Shown here in pieces: positions 28,107 through 37,654 of a stretch of 64,000 bases of DNA (position 1 is its first letter; every line of letters starts with the position of its first letter). The stretch spans positions 3,800,153 to 3,864,152 of the forward strand of contig OY760175.1 of NCBI GenBank assembly GCA_963663165.1, written 5' to 3'. The notes under the pieces are model-generated. The model made no database searches and was not told the DNA's origin. It worked only from the letters and a program-made list of their open reading frames with translations. This stretch comes from an uncultured Desulfospira sp. GTDB lineage: Bacteria > Desulfobacterota > Desulfobacteria > Desulfobacterales > Desulfobacteraceae. The position numbers and the translations under genes are program-made.

Positions 28107-28496
28107 TTAACATACTTGGTTCGACCCTGTTTTAAAACACAGCAAATTGTGCACAGGTTCATGCAAATACCCTAACCTTAATTTTTTTTCATTTTGCATT
28201 GCCTGCCATAAATCATACTGAGTTTGTTGGATAAGCCAGCTTTCTGCGCTTCCGCCAAAAGCCTTGGAAAGCCTTATGGCCATTTCCGGTGAAATCCCTG
28301 CATGACCATTAAGCAAAGCGGATGGTGAAGCCTCAATCCCGGCAAATCCATATCATCAGTACATTGGCTTGCGTCCAATCTTGCAAGGATAATTCTCAAT
28401 CGATTCGCATATTCCGGATTAATCCCCTGGTGATTTCCAGCCTGATAAAATTTTTTAAGTCCGTCCGGGAATGAGAAATTAAGGATAATCTCCAAA
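28107..28496 (-). pseudogene. higB-higA toxin-antitoxin remnant fused by an internal deletion
   Basis: The N-terminal part (TTG at 28496) reads EIILNFSFPDGLKKFYQAGNHQGINPEYANRLRIILARLDA...DMDLPGLRLH (HigB-like). It switches frame near 28320-28335 into ...ALLNGHAGISPEMAIRLSKAFGGSAESWLIQQTQYDLWQA (HigA HTH C-terminal half). Confidence 0.55.
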
Positions 28497-28501
28497 AAAT
28501 T

Positions 28502-28584
28502 GGACTTGGGACTTGGGATATGGGACTTGGGGATTGCAGTATCCACGGCCTACCCAAGTCCCATATCCCATATCCCAAGTCCCC
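28502..28584. repeat. Imperfect roughly 30-bp inverted repeat built from GGGACTTG/GGGATAT units
   Basis: GGACTTGGGACTTGGGATATGGGACTTGGGG faces CCCAAGTCCCATATCCCATATCCCAAGTCCCC across a 20-nt loop. Confidence 0.7.
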
Positions 28585-28695
28585 ATTTTATACATTATTA
28601 TCCTTATCATCGAAATTGAAATCACCGGCAGGCAAGTTACGTGCGATCACCCTGGCGTTTAACTGATCAAGGATTCTATTCCGTATCTTTTTATT

Positions 28696-28790
28696 TATAT
28701 GAAAGTCTCACTAAGGTCCTGAAAAGACTTTCAATATTTGTTGTGGGCGGCTCTTGGTTGGATAACCAAAGCGGCCCGTGGCCGTTATAT
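28696..28790 (-). repeat. Inverted copy of the 90-bp structured repeat
   Basis: Reverse complement of the 15362/15452 unit: TATATGAAAGTCTCACTAAGGTCCTGAAAAGACTTTCAATATTTGTTGTGGGCGGCTCTTGGTTGGATAACCAAAGCGGCCCGTGGCCGTTATAT. Confidence 0.85.
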
Positions 28791-28919
28791 GATAGACAAT
28801 TGATTTCATGAGGGTTAAACGGTGAGGTTTCACCATGTCGTCTTCCCAAGAGTTTTCTACAAAACAATCGGTAAATATACTACTTGATAAAATCCGACTA
28901 AACTGAAAAACTATCCGGC

Positions 28920-31715
28920 ATGAAAACCGAACAACAGACAAGAGCACAGTTGATTGACAAGCAGCTTGAAAGGGCAGGATGGAATATTGATGACCCTGCT
29001 CAGGTTGTACAGGAATACGATATCCTTGTTGATCTTCCTGAAGGCGTTGCCGAGGCCCAAACACCATACCAGGGCCATCAGTTCAGCGACTATGTTCTTT
29101 TAGGGAAAAACGGCAAACCTCTGGCTGTTGTGGAAGCAAAAAAAACCAGTAAAAATGCTAGAATTGGCAGGGAGCAGGCAAAACAGTACTGCTACAATAT
29201 CCAGAAGCGAACCGGTGGCTCTTTGCCTTTCTGTTTTTATACAAACGGATTGGAAACTTATTTCTGGGACCTTGAGAACTATCCCCCCCGGAAAGTGGTC
29301 GGCTACCCCACATTGGATGATCTGGAGCGGCTGAATTATATCCGGCAGAATCGTAAACCGCTGACCCGGGAATTGATCAACACCGATATTGCCGGACGGG
29401 ACTATCAGATCCGGGCCATCCGTTCCGTTCTTGAAGGGATGGAAAGAAAGAGACGATCGTTTCTGCTGGTCATGGCCACCGGAACCGGGAAAACCCGGAC
29501 CAGCATTGCGCTGGTCGATGCCCTGATGCGTGCCGGCCATGCGGAAAGAATCCTGTTTCTCGTGGATCGTATCGCATTGCGGGAGCAGGCATTAAATGCC
29601 TTTAAAGAGCATCTGCCCAACGAACCCAGATGGCCTAATGTGGGTGAGAAGCTGATCCGTGTGGATCGCAGAATTTATGTCTCCACATATCCCGGCATGC
29701 TCAACATCATCCGCAATGAGAGCCGGTATTTATCCCCCTATTTTTTTGATTTTATTTTTATTGATGAAAGCCATCGCTCCATTTACAACACCTACGGCGA
29801 AATCCTGGACTATTTCAAGACCATTCACTTAGGGATGACAGCAACCCCCACAAGTCTCATTGATCACAACACCTTTTCCCTGTTTGATTGTGAGGATGGA
29901 CTGCCGACATTTGCCTATACATTTGAAGAGGCTGTCAACAACACGCCCCCGTACCTGAGCAACTTCCAGGTGATGAAAATCCAGACCAGATTCCAGGCGG
30001 ACGGTATCAGTAAGCGAACCATTGCCCTGGAGGACCAGAAAAAACTGATGCTGGACGGGGTGGATATCGAAGAGATCAATTTTGAAGGCACCCAGCTTGA
30101 GAAAAAGGTGATCAACCGGGGAACCAACACCCTGATTGTAAAAGAATTCATGGAAGAATGCATCAAAGATCAAAACGGAGTGCTGCCGGGCAAGACCATC
30201 TTCTTTTGCTCTTCAAAAGCCCATGCCCGGCGCATGGAAGAGGTGTTTGATGCCCTTTTCCCGCAATATAACGGGGAACTTGCCAAGGTCATGGTGTCTG
30301 ATGACCCCAGGGTGTACGGCAAAGGAGGGCTGTTAGACCAGTTCACCAACCAGGATATGCCCCGGGTTGCCATCAGTGTGGATATGCTGGACACAGGCAT
30401 TGATGTCCGGGAGATCGTCAATCTCTGTTTTGCCAAACCAGTCTATTCCTACACCAAATTCTGGCAGATGATCGGCCGGGGCACCCGTCTTCTGGAACCT
30501 GCCAAAGCCAAGCCCTGGTGCATTGAAAAGCAGCTCTTTTTGATCATGGACTGCTGGGATAATTTTGAGTATTTCAAGCTGACGCCGGACGGCAAACAAA
30601 TTGATCCGGGCCTGCCGCTGCCGGTCAGGCTGTTCGGTATCAGGCTGGACAAGATTGAAACAGCCATGCACCTTGCCGAAGAAGATATTACCCAAAAAGA
30701 GATTAAGGCCCTTCGCGGGCAAGTCGATCAACTGCCGGCCTCCTCTGTGGTCATTAAAGAGGCGGCAGAGCCATTGGATCGCCTGGCAGAAGACAATTTC
30801 TGGATTCATCTGGATCAGGAGAAATTTGAATTTCTGCGCACCCGTATCAAACCGCTGTTCAGAACCGTTTCCGATACGGACTTCAAGGCCATGCGGTTTG
30901 AAAAGGATGTGCTTGAGGTCTCCATTGCCCGGCTTTCAAACGACAAAAAACGGTTTGAGGCCTTAAGATCCGGTGTCATCGCCCAGATCGGTGAACTGCC
31001 TTTGTCCGTACATATTGTAAGAAGGCAACAGGCATTGATTGAAAAATCCCAGAAAGAAAGCTTCTGGGCCGATGTCTCTGACGGCGCACTGGATCTTCTT
31101 GTGGAAAAGCTTGGCCCTTTGATGAAGTTCAGGGAAAAGGAGAACCCTTCTTCCCCCATTGAACTGGATCTCAAAGACAAGGTAAAGCAAAAAGAGTATG
31201 TTGAATTCGGGCCCCAGCATGAAGCCGTCAGCATTACCCGGTATAAGGAGATGGTGGAAGCCGGAATCCTGGCTTTGATGGAAAACAACCCGGTGCTGTT
31301 GAAAATTAAGGAAAACAAACCGGTTTCCCCAACCGATATCCAGACCCTGGCCGAGGTTCTGACCAACACCCATCCCCACATTACCGAAGCGTTGTTGAAA
31401 AAAGTGTATCAGCGGCCCAATGCCAGATTTATCCAGTTCATCCGCCATATCTTGGGGGTGGAACACCTTGAATCCTTCTCCCACACCGTTACAAAAGCCT
31501 TTGATCAGTTCATTCATTCCCACTCGGATTTGAACTCCAGGCAACTGGAATTTTTAAGGCTGCTCAAGGAGTTCATCCTTGAACGGGAAAAAGTAGAGAA
31601 AAAAGATTTGATCCAGTCTCCTTTTACCGTGATTCATCCCCAGGGTATCCGGGGGGTATTCAGTCCGGCCGTTATCAATGAGATCCTGGCACTGACCCGG
31701 GAGCTGGCCGCATGA
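28920..31715 (+). CDS. hsdR: Type I restriction enzyme R subunit (COG4096/EcoEI-like HsdR)
   Basis: 931 aa with an HSDR_N-like N-terminus (QLIDKQLERAGW...DYVLLGKNGKPLAVVEAKK). Helicase motifs VMATGTGKT and FIDESH. EcoEI_R_C-like tail (NSRQLEFLRLLKEFI...SPFTVIHPQGIRGVF). Confidence 0.9.
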   Translation: MKTEQQTRAQLIDKQLERAGWNIDDPAQVVQEYDILVDLPEGVAEAQTPYQGHQFSDYVLLGKNGKPLAVVEAKKTSKNARIGREQAKQYCYNIQKRTGGSLPFCFYTNGLETYFWDLENYPPRKVVGYPTLDDLERLNYIRQNRKPLTRELINTDIAGRDYQIRAIRSVLEGMERKRRSFLLVMATGTGKTRTSIALVDALMRAGHAERILFLVDRIALREQALNAFKEHLPNEPRWPNVGEKLIRVDRRIYVSTYPGMLNIIRNESRYLSPYFFDFIFIDESHRSIYNTYGEILDYFKTIHLGMTATPTSLIDHNTFSLFDCEDGLPTFAYTFEEAVNNTPPYLSNFQVMKIQTRFQADGISKRTIALEDQKKLMLDGVDIEEINFEGTQLEKKVINRGTNTLIVKEFMEECIKDQNGVLPGKTIFFCSSKAHARRMEEVFDALFPQYNGELAKVMVSDDPRVYGKGGLLDQFTNQDMPRVAISVDMLDTGIDVREIVNLCFAKPVYSYTKFWQMIGRGTRLLEPAKAKPWCIEKQLFLIMDCWDNFEYFKLTPDGKQIDPGLPLPVRLFGIRLDKIETAMHLAEEDITQKEIKALRGQVDQLPASSVVIKEAAEPLDRLAEDNFWIHLDQEKFEFLRTRIKPLFRTVSDTDFKAMRFEKDVLEVSIARLSNDKKRFEALRSGVIAQIGELPLSVHIVRRQQALIEKSQKESFWADVSDGALDLLVEKLGPLMKFREKENPSSPIELDLKDKVKQKEYVEFGPQHEAVSITRYKEMVEAGILALMENNPVLLKIKENKPVSPTDIQTLAEVLTNTHPHITEALLKKVYQRPNARFIQFIRHILGVEHLESFSHTVTKAFDQFIHSHSDLNSRQLEFLRLLKEFILEREKVEKKDLIQSPFTVIHPQGIRGVFSPAVINEILALTRELAA

Positions 31716-33115
31716 TCCACAGGAAAACAACGCCTGAAGAACTGGCCCTGGTGCTTGAAGAAGGGGAAGGCTACACCCTGGAATTCAAACAGAATGTAAA
31801 CGCTGATCTGGCAAAGGAACTTGTGGCCTTTGCCAATGCCTCCGGCGGCCGGATTTTGATCGGTGTCAATGACGACAACCGGATTGTGGGCTGCAAATTC
31901 TCAAATGTCCTTTTTTCCAATATCGAAACCATGGCAGCGGCCTGCGATCCGCCGGTGACCATCTTCATTGAAAAACTGCCGGATCAAAAAATCATTGTCA
32001 TCCATGTACCCGAAGGGGCCAACCGCCCCCACCGGTGCACCAAGGGGTTTTATCTAAGAAACGGGGCCAGTTCCCATAAGATGAGTACCGCCGACATCAC
32101 CGCTTTTATCCAGTCCGAAGGAAAGGTCCGGTTTGATCAGCAGCTAAGGATGGACCTGGATTGGAAAGAGGTGCTTGACCCATCCCGCCTGGAACACTTT
32201 TTGTCCCTCACCGGCATTACCCAGAGAACAGGTGCTCAAAACCTGCTGTTCAATCTGGGGGCGGGTGATGAAAAAGAGGGACAGTTCTACCTGAACCAAA
32301 CCGGCATTCTCTTTTTTGCCAAAGATCCGGCCGCAAGACAGCCCTTTGTCAATGTGGTCTGTGCCCTGTTTAAAGGCACCACCAAAGCCTATATCCTGGA
32401 CCGTAAGGAACTTGCCGGCAATATCCTTGAAAATGTTGAAGATGCCCTGCTGTTTTTAAAAAAGCATCTCCAGCTTCGATGGGAGATCACCAGCGACAGC
32501 CCCCGCCGCCGGGAGATCCTGGAGCTGCCGGAAGTGGCCCTGCGAGAAGCCGTGGTCAATGCTGTCTGCCACCGGGATTATTTTGAGCAGGGTGCCCAGG
32601 TCATGGTGGAGATTTTTGATGACCGGGTGGAGATCCACAACCCCGGCGGTCTGCCAAGGGGGTTGCCGGAAAAGGATTTCGGCAAACGAAGTGTCTGCCG
32701 CAACCCCAATATCGCAGCCCTGCTGTTGCGGTGCGACTATATTGAAAAGATGGGCACCGGCATTGAGCGCATCTATGACGCCCTTAAAAATGAAAACTGC
32801 CCCCCGGTAAAAATCGAATACGACAGGTTGTTTTCCCTTGTATTTTCAAGGCCAAGTTATATAACCCCACGGGATGCGGAAAAAACTAGGGACAAACCTG
32901 GGGAGACCCCCCGGGAGAAAACTAGGAAGAAAACCCGGGAGATCATTCTTGAGTTAATCCGCAAAACGCCGGATATCACCATGGCCCGGCTGGCTGAACA
33001 GACCGGGTTGACACCCAAGGGCATCGAATGGCAGATTGCACAGCTCAAAAAAAACGGTCTTCTTGAGCGGGTGGGGCCGGATAAAGGCGGGTACTGGAAA
33101 ATAAAAGAGAGCTAA
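31712..33115 (+). CDS. AlbA_2 (Schlafen-like) + HATPase_c_4-like + winged-HTH protein embedded in the R-M operon
   Basis: 467 aa. EGEGYTLEFKQNV...LVAFANASGGRILIGVNDDNRIVG is the AlbA_2 hallmark. REAVVNAVCHRDY...VEIFDDRVEIHNPGG is HATPase_c_4-like. C-terminal wHTH present. ATGA overlap with the hsdR stop. Confidence 0.8.
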   Translation: MIHRKTTPEELALVLEEGEGYTLEFKQNVNADLAKELVAFANASGGRILIGVNDDNRIVGCKFSNVLFSNIETMAAACDPPVTIFIEKLPDQKIIVIHVPEGANRPHRCTKGFYLRNGASSHKMSTADITAFIQSEGKVRFDQQLRMDLDWKEVLDPSRLEHFLSLTGITQRTGAQNLLFNLGAGDEKEGQFYLNQTGILFFAKDPAARQPFVNVVCALFKGTTKAYILDRKELAGNILENVEDALLFLKKHLQLRWEITSDSPRRREILELPEVALREAVVNAVCHRDYFEQGAQVMVEIFDDRVEIHNPGGLPRGLPEKDFGKRSVCRNPNIAALLLRCDYIEKMGTGIERIYDALKNENCPPVKIEYDRLFSLVFSRPSYITPRDAEKTRDKPGETPREKTRKKTREIILELIRKTPDITMARLAEQTGLTPKGIEWQIAQLKKNGLLERVGPDKGGYWKIKES

Positions 33116-33124
33116 GAAAACACC

Positions 33125-34792
33125 ATGCTTCGATATAATCCTGAGTTAAAATCACAGATCGACCAGCTCTGGAACAAGTTCTGGGCCGGCGGGATCTCCA
33201 ATCCCCTCACCGCCATCGAACAGATCACCTATCTGTTGTTCATGAAACGGCTGGATGAGATGGATTTGAAAAATCAATCTGATGCCGAATTTACCGGAGA
33301 GTCTTATAACTCCAGGTTTGAGGGCGACTGGGTGCCGCCCGAGCACAGGGACAAGCCTGAAGAGGATCAGGAACCCCATAAGGTGAACCGGAGCATTCTG
33401 CGCTGGAGCCATTTTAAGCGGATGAAAGCCGAAGAGATGCTGGCCCATGTCCAGACAAAGGTCTTTCCGTTTTTAAAGGACATGAACGGGGCGGAGTCCG
33501 GCTTTACCCACCACATGAAAAATGCTGTGTTCATCATCCCCAAACCCATGCTGCTGGTGGAAGCGGTCAAAACCATTGATGAGATTTTCCGGATCATGGA
33601 AAAGGATTCTTCGGACAAAGGCCAGGCCTTTCAGGATATCCAGGGGGATGTCTATGAGTACCTGCTCTCTGAAATTGCATCAGCCGGGAAAAACGGGCAG
33701 TTTCGAACCCCCCGCCACATCATTAAATTGATCGCAGAACTGGTCCGGCCCCAACTTGGAAACCGGATCGGTGATCCGGCATGTGGCACGGCCGGCTTCC
33801 TTCTCGGCGCCTATCAATACATCGTGGCAGACCTGGCAATGAAAAAGGGGCGACAGGATCTAAAACCGGATGAGGACGGCTTTATCAGAACCTCGGTCAG
33901 TGCCGACTATGATCAGAAATCCAAAGAAGTTCTGGACCAGAGCCTTTACGGCTATGATATCGACAGCACCATGATCCGTCTGGGCATGATGAACCTGATG
34001 ATGCACGGCATTGACGAGCCGTTGCTGGATTATAAAGATACCCTGAGCAAAGGGTTTAACGAACCCAACCAGTACCAGATCATCATGGCCAACCCGCCTT
34101 TTACCGGCTCCATTGACAAGGGGGACATCAATGAGGCGTTAACCCTGTCCACCACCAAGACCGAACTCTTGTTTGTGGAAACCATGGTGCGGATGCTCAG
34201 AAAAGGGGGCACGGCCGGTGTCATTGTACCCCAGGGCGTGCTGTTCGGCTCGGGCAAAGCCTTTGTGGCGGCCAGGAAGATCTTGGTGGACCGCTGCGAA
34301 CTCAAAGCCGTCATCACCATGCCCAGCGGGGTCTTCAAACCCTATGCCGGGGTCAGCACCGCCATCCTGGTCTTCACCAAGGTCTATGACAAGGAGGATA
34401 AAGTCACGGAACCCGCCACCCAGAATGTCTGGTTTTATGAAATGGAGTCAGACGGCTATTCCCTGGATGACAAACGAAACAAGCTTGATACTTCCGGCGA
34501 TCTCCAGGATATCGTGGCTAAATTCAACGCCCGTGATCCTGAAACGGACACGGACCGCAAAAATCCCAAAGGCTTTTTTGTCCCCTACCAGGAGATCAAG
34601 GATGAGAAGTATGATCTGTCTCCCAGCCGGTACAAGGAGATGGTTTTTGAAGAGATCGAATATGAAAAACCGTCCGTAATTCTGAACCGGCTGATTGCCA
34701 ATGAAGTGGGGGAGATGGCTGAAAAGGATCTGGTCAAGGTAGAGAGTGGGATTGTGCGGGAGTTGTTGGAGTTGAAGGGGATGGTGGGGTGA
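33125..34792 (+). CDS. hsdM: Type I R-M N6-adenine DNA methyltransferase subunit
   Basis: 555 aa with an HsdM_N-like N-terminus. DPACGTAGFL is motif I and IIMANPPFTG is motif IV (NPPF). Confidence 0.92.
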   Translation: MLRYNPELKSQIDQLWNKFWAGGISNPLTAIEQITYLLFMKRLDEMDLKNQSDAEFTGESYNSRFEGDWVPPEHRDKPEEDQEPHKVNRSILRWSHFKRMKAEEMLAHVQTKVFPFLKDMNGAESGFTHHMKNAVFIIPKPMLLVEAVKTIDEIFRIMEKDSSDKGQAFQDIQGDVYEYLLSEIASAGKNGQFRTPRHIIKLIAELVRPQLGNRIGDPACGTAGFLLGAYQYIVADLAMKKGRQDLKPDEDGFIRTSVSADYDQKSKEVLDQSLYGYDIDSTMIRLGMMNLMMHGIDEPLLDYKDTLSKGFNEPNQYQIIMANPPFTGSIDKGDINEALTLSTTKTELLFVETMVRMLRKGGTAGVIVPQGVLFGSGKAFVAARKILVDRCELKAVITMPSGVFKPYAGVSTAILVFTKVYDKEDKVTEPATQNVWFYEMESDGYSLDDKRNKLDTSGDLQDIVAKFNARDPETDTDRKNPKGFFVPYQEIKDEKYDLSPSRYKEMVFEEIEYEKPSVILNRLIANEVGEMAEKDLVKVESGIVRELLELKGMVG

Positions 34793-36012
34793 TCAAAAAA
34801 TACCATTTCCTTGATATCGTAACCGATATCACCTCAAAGTTTAAAAAAGTAAAAAATAGGGATTATTTATCTGAAGGGCAAATTAGAATCATTGATCAAG
34901 GTCAAGATCAAATAGCGGGCTATTCTGATGATGTATCTCTTGTTAGGCCCGAATTATCTCCAGTGATTATTTTTGGTGATCATACAAAAGTATTCAAATA
35001 TGAAAAAGGTCCTCTGATATTAGGAGCAGATGGCACAAAAGCTCTTAAAGTAAATACAAATATAGCTCATGATTTGTATATCTATTACTTTTTGAAAACG
35101 ATAATTTTTCAAGATGCTGGGTACTCAAGATATTTTAAATTTTTAAAAAAAATAAAAATACCAATTCCGGTGGATGGCGATGGTAAGCCGAAAATAGACG
35201 ACCAAATCAGAATCGCCACCCTGCTCTCCAAAGTCGAATCCCTGATTGCCAAACGCAAAAAGAGCATCGCAGATCTGGATGAGCTGTTGAAAAGCACTTT
35301 TCTGGAGATGTTTGGTGATCCGGTTCGGAATGAAATGGGGTGGGAGAAAAAAATGCTTTCAAAAGTCGCCTCGTCAAGGCTTGGGAAAATGCGGGATAAA
35401 AAATTCATAACTGGAGCACACCTACGACCATATTTGGGAAATTCCAATATTATTTAGTTTGATTTCGTATTAGATGGTCTTCTGGAAATGGATTTCAATA
35501 AAAAAGATCGCAAGATATTTTCTTTACAATATGGGGACTTATTAGTCTGTGAAGGGGGAGAGATCGGGAGATGCGCTATTTGGAGAAATCAACTGGAAGA
35601 ATGCTATTTTCAAAAAGCCCTTCATAGAGTCAGAGTCAAAGACTCATTAACGCCACAGTTTCTTCAATACGTATTTTGGTATTACGCACATTATGGCGGT
35701 TTTAAAAATGTTTCCAATCGGGCCACTGTTTTACACCTAACTGGCGAGAAATTAAAAGAAACCGAAATTCCAGTTCCTCCTATAGCTCTCCAAAATAAAT
35801 TTGCTACCATTGTTGAAAAAGTTAGAACCCTTAAAGAAAAATATAAAAACAGCCTCAAAGATCTTGAAACCCTGTATGGCGCACTGAGCCATAAAGCCTT
35901 TAAAGGCGAACTGGACCTCAGCCGGATTCCAATCACGGCGGAGTTGCAACCAAAGGATATCATAACGGGCGTGCCTCAAGTCGGGGAACCGGTACTGACT
36001 TTATCTGAATGA
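34789..36012 (+). pseudogene. hsdS: Type I R-M specificity subunit interrupted by one in-frame TAG (35455-35457)
   Basis: ORFs 34789-35457 and 35488-36012 are in the same frame (...LGNSNII*FDFVLDGLLEMDFNKKD...). Both carry conserved-region motifs (LIAKRKKSIADLDELLKSTFLEMFG and LKDLETLYGALSHKAFKGEL). ATGA overlap with hsdM. Confidence 0.8.
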
Positions 36013-36013
36013 A

Positions 36014-36346
36014 ACCGTACCTCTTCCGGCTTCGGATGAGCCGATCATCCGGTTTGAAGATCTGGCCCTGTTCAAACAAGGGGTGACTGATCCTGTTTAT
36101 GCCAAATCTCTCTCCGACGGGGAACATCAATTCCTGCACACCCTGGGGATATGCCTGCTGTTCAAAGATAAAAATGCACTGTTCCTGCTGGACGAGCCGG
36201 AAACCCATTTCAATCCGGACTGGCGGTCAAAGTTGATTTCACGGATCGGGGAGTGTTTTGCCTTGTCCCATCCAAAGACCATCCGGGAGATGCTGATCAC
36301 CACCCATACCCCGTTTCTGATATCAGACAGCGAGCCTGAAAAAATG
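36014..36346 (+). pseudogene. Fragment of a restriction-system-associated AAA/ABC-type ATPase (C-terminal region only)
   Basis: SLSDGEHQFLHTLG (signature-like), ALFLLDEPETHFNP (Walker B) and ITTHTPFLISD. No N-terminal Walker A region exists upstream, and homology stops near 36346. Confidence 0.6.
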
Positions 36347-37107
36347 AATTGTGATTCGGAAGGGTTGCCCTCATCGAAGATTAAAACTTGTTGCAAGGGC
36401 ACTTTATCAAACTCTTTTTCAAGACGTTCCAAAGCGTTTTTAGTATAGTCCCAAAACCGATATTTGAGTTCCTCAAGCTGCCGTTCAAACCCTCCGGCAT
36501 CAGGTTTATAATCCCACAAAAAGCCTTCTTTGTCGGGAACTCCGTGGTTTTTCCCCTGAACATATTCATGAGGTATGAGTTCTTTAATATAATCCTGGCC
36601 GTATTCGTCAAGTTTGGAATAAATATATCCGGAAGCCATGGTCAACCTAGCATAATAGAACTGCTTTTTGATCATCAAACGAGCCCAGATAAAATAAAGA
36701 GACCCTCTGTAAGCCTTTTTTTGGTAACCTTTGAGATCCTTTTCTTTGGCTTCCTGTTGGAACTGATGATCCTGGAAATCATAATCATAAAGCGTTTCAA
36801 AAGAAAGGAGGGTTTTGGATTCAGGGAAGTATTCATTCAGCCAAAAATAATTCTCGCCAATACCCTGAAGGGGAAGTAGTGTGGCATTGAATTTTGTTGA
36901 CTGGACATCAGTCAGATCGCCTTTTACCTCATCCATCTGGTCTTTATCGGTTACGGTGATATCGAAAAGTGCCTTCAGCAGGAACTGTTCGACCTTTAAG
37001 TAGTCTTGTTCGGGTATATTAACCCGGTATTGTTCCTGGCGGTCCTGATCCCAGCTAAAATAATCGGGGAGATGTTTTATGATGGCCTGCTTTAGTTCCG
37101 GGAGCAT
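36127..37107 (-). CDS. Hypothetical protein, probably 3'-truncated (native coding about 36350-37107)
   Basis: 326-aa ORF whose last roughly 73 codons are antisense to the recognisable ATPase fragment. The N-terminal roughly 250 aa are rich in Y/F/W/D/E/K, and I recognise no family. Confidence 0.4.
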   Translation of the reverse strand: MLPELKQAIIKHLPDYFSWDQDRQEQYRVNIPEQDYLKVEQFLLKALFDITVTDKDQMDEVKGDLTDVQSTKFNATLLPLQGIGENYFWLNEYFPESKTLLSFETLYDYDFQDHQFQQEAKEKDLKGYQKKAYRGSLYFIWARLMIKKQFYYARLTMASGYIYSKLDEYGQDYIKELIPHEYVQGKNHGVPDKEGFLWDYKPDAGGFERQLEELKYRFWDYTKNALERLEKEFDKVPLQQVLIFDEGNPSESQFIFSGSLSDIRNGVWVVISISRMVFGWDKAKHSPIREINFDRQSGLKWVSGSSSRNSAFLSLNSRHIPRVCRN

Positions 37108-37121
37108 GTGTTATATTCTTT

Positions 37122-37273
37122 GTAACTGTTCAGCAGTGCCCCATCTTCGCTCATTCAGGCCTTCTCACATAGCAACAGTATGCTACGAAGTCCTGACTAA
37201 ACAAATATGAAGCACTGATGAACAGTTACGGACCCTGGTTTTGCTTAGTTTTCAGCATTAGCTGAATAGTTAC
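37122..37273 (+). mobile_element. 152-bp MITE, copy 1 (TIR GTAACTRTTCAGC, TSD TATTCTTT)
   Basis: 13-bp terminal inverted repeats. An identical 8-bp direct repeat TATTCTTT lies at 37114-37121 and 37274-37281. Near-identical inverted copy at 39554-39705. Confidence 0.8.
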
Positions 37274-37311
37274 TATTCTTTTTTTAATCTTTTGTTGAAA
37301 ATAAAGAACGG

Positions 37312-37653
37312 TCATGCGGCTTCCAGCACAAAATTCACATGGATAGCGTCAAAAGGAAATTCTATTTGGCCGCTTTGCGTTTTTATCAAAATCCCGGCTT
37401 TTAAAAGCGCATGGACGTCACCATGGACGGCTTTAACATCCCGGCCCAATCGTCTGGCTACCTCACGGATAGACAAAGATCCGGCCCCGGTCATGTTCTG
37501 AATAAGTTCCCACCGCTTGCCGGAAATAATTTTAAAAAGCAGAGCAGGGGTCTCAAAACTGATAAAAGCACCTTGAGCCTCGCCGTCAAAAGCGGCCAGA
37601 AACCGATTCTCAATTTCTTTTCGTGATGATATTCCTAATGTCACGGTTTTCAT
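37312..37653 (-). CDS. HVO_A0114-like wHTH DNA-binding protein (TumA-like antitoxin)
   Basis: 113 aa. ...ISFETPALLFKIISGKRWELIQNMTGAGSLSIREVARRLGRDVKAVHGDVHALLKAGIL... Starts 1 nt after the upstream gene stop. Confidence 0.55.
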   Translation of the reverse strand: MKTVTLGISSRKEIENRFLAAFDGEAQGAFISFETPALLFKIISGKRWELIQNMTGAGSLSIREVARRLGRDVKAVHGDVHALLKAGILIKTQSGQIEFPFDAIHVNFVLEAA

Positions 37654-37654
37654 T

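Noticed and set aside
35455-35457. The in-frame TAG in hsdS might be a pyrrolysine or programmed read-through codon.
   Set aside because: No pyl genes or PYLIS-like context are visible in the window, and hsdS is not a known Pyl protein. A plain nonsense mutation, or a functional half-HsdS, is far more likely.
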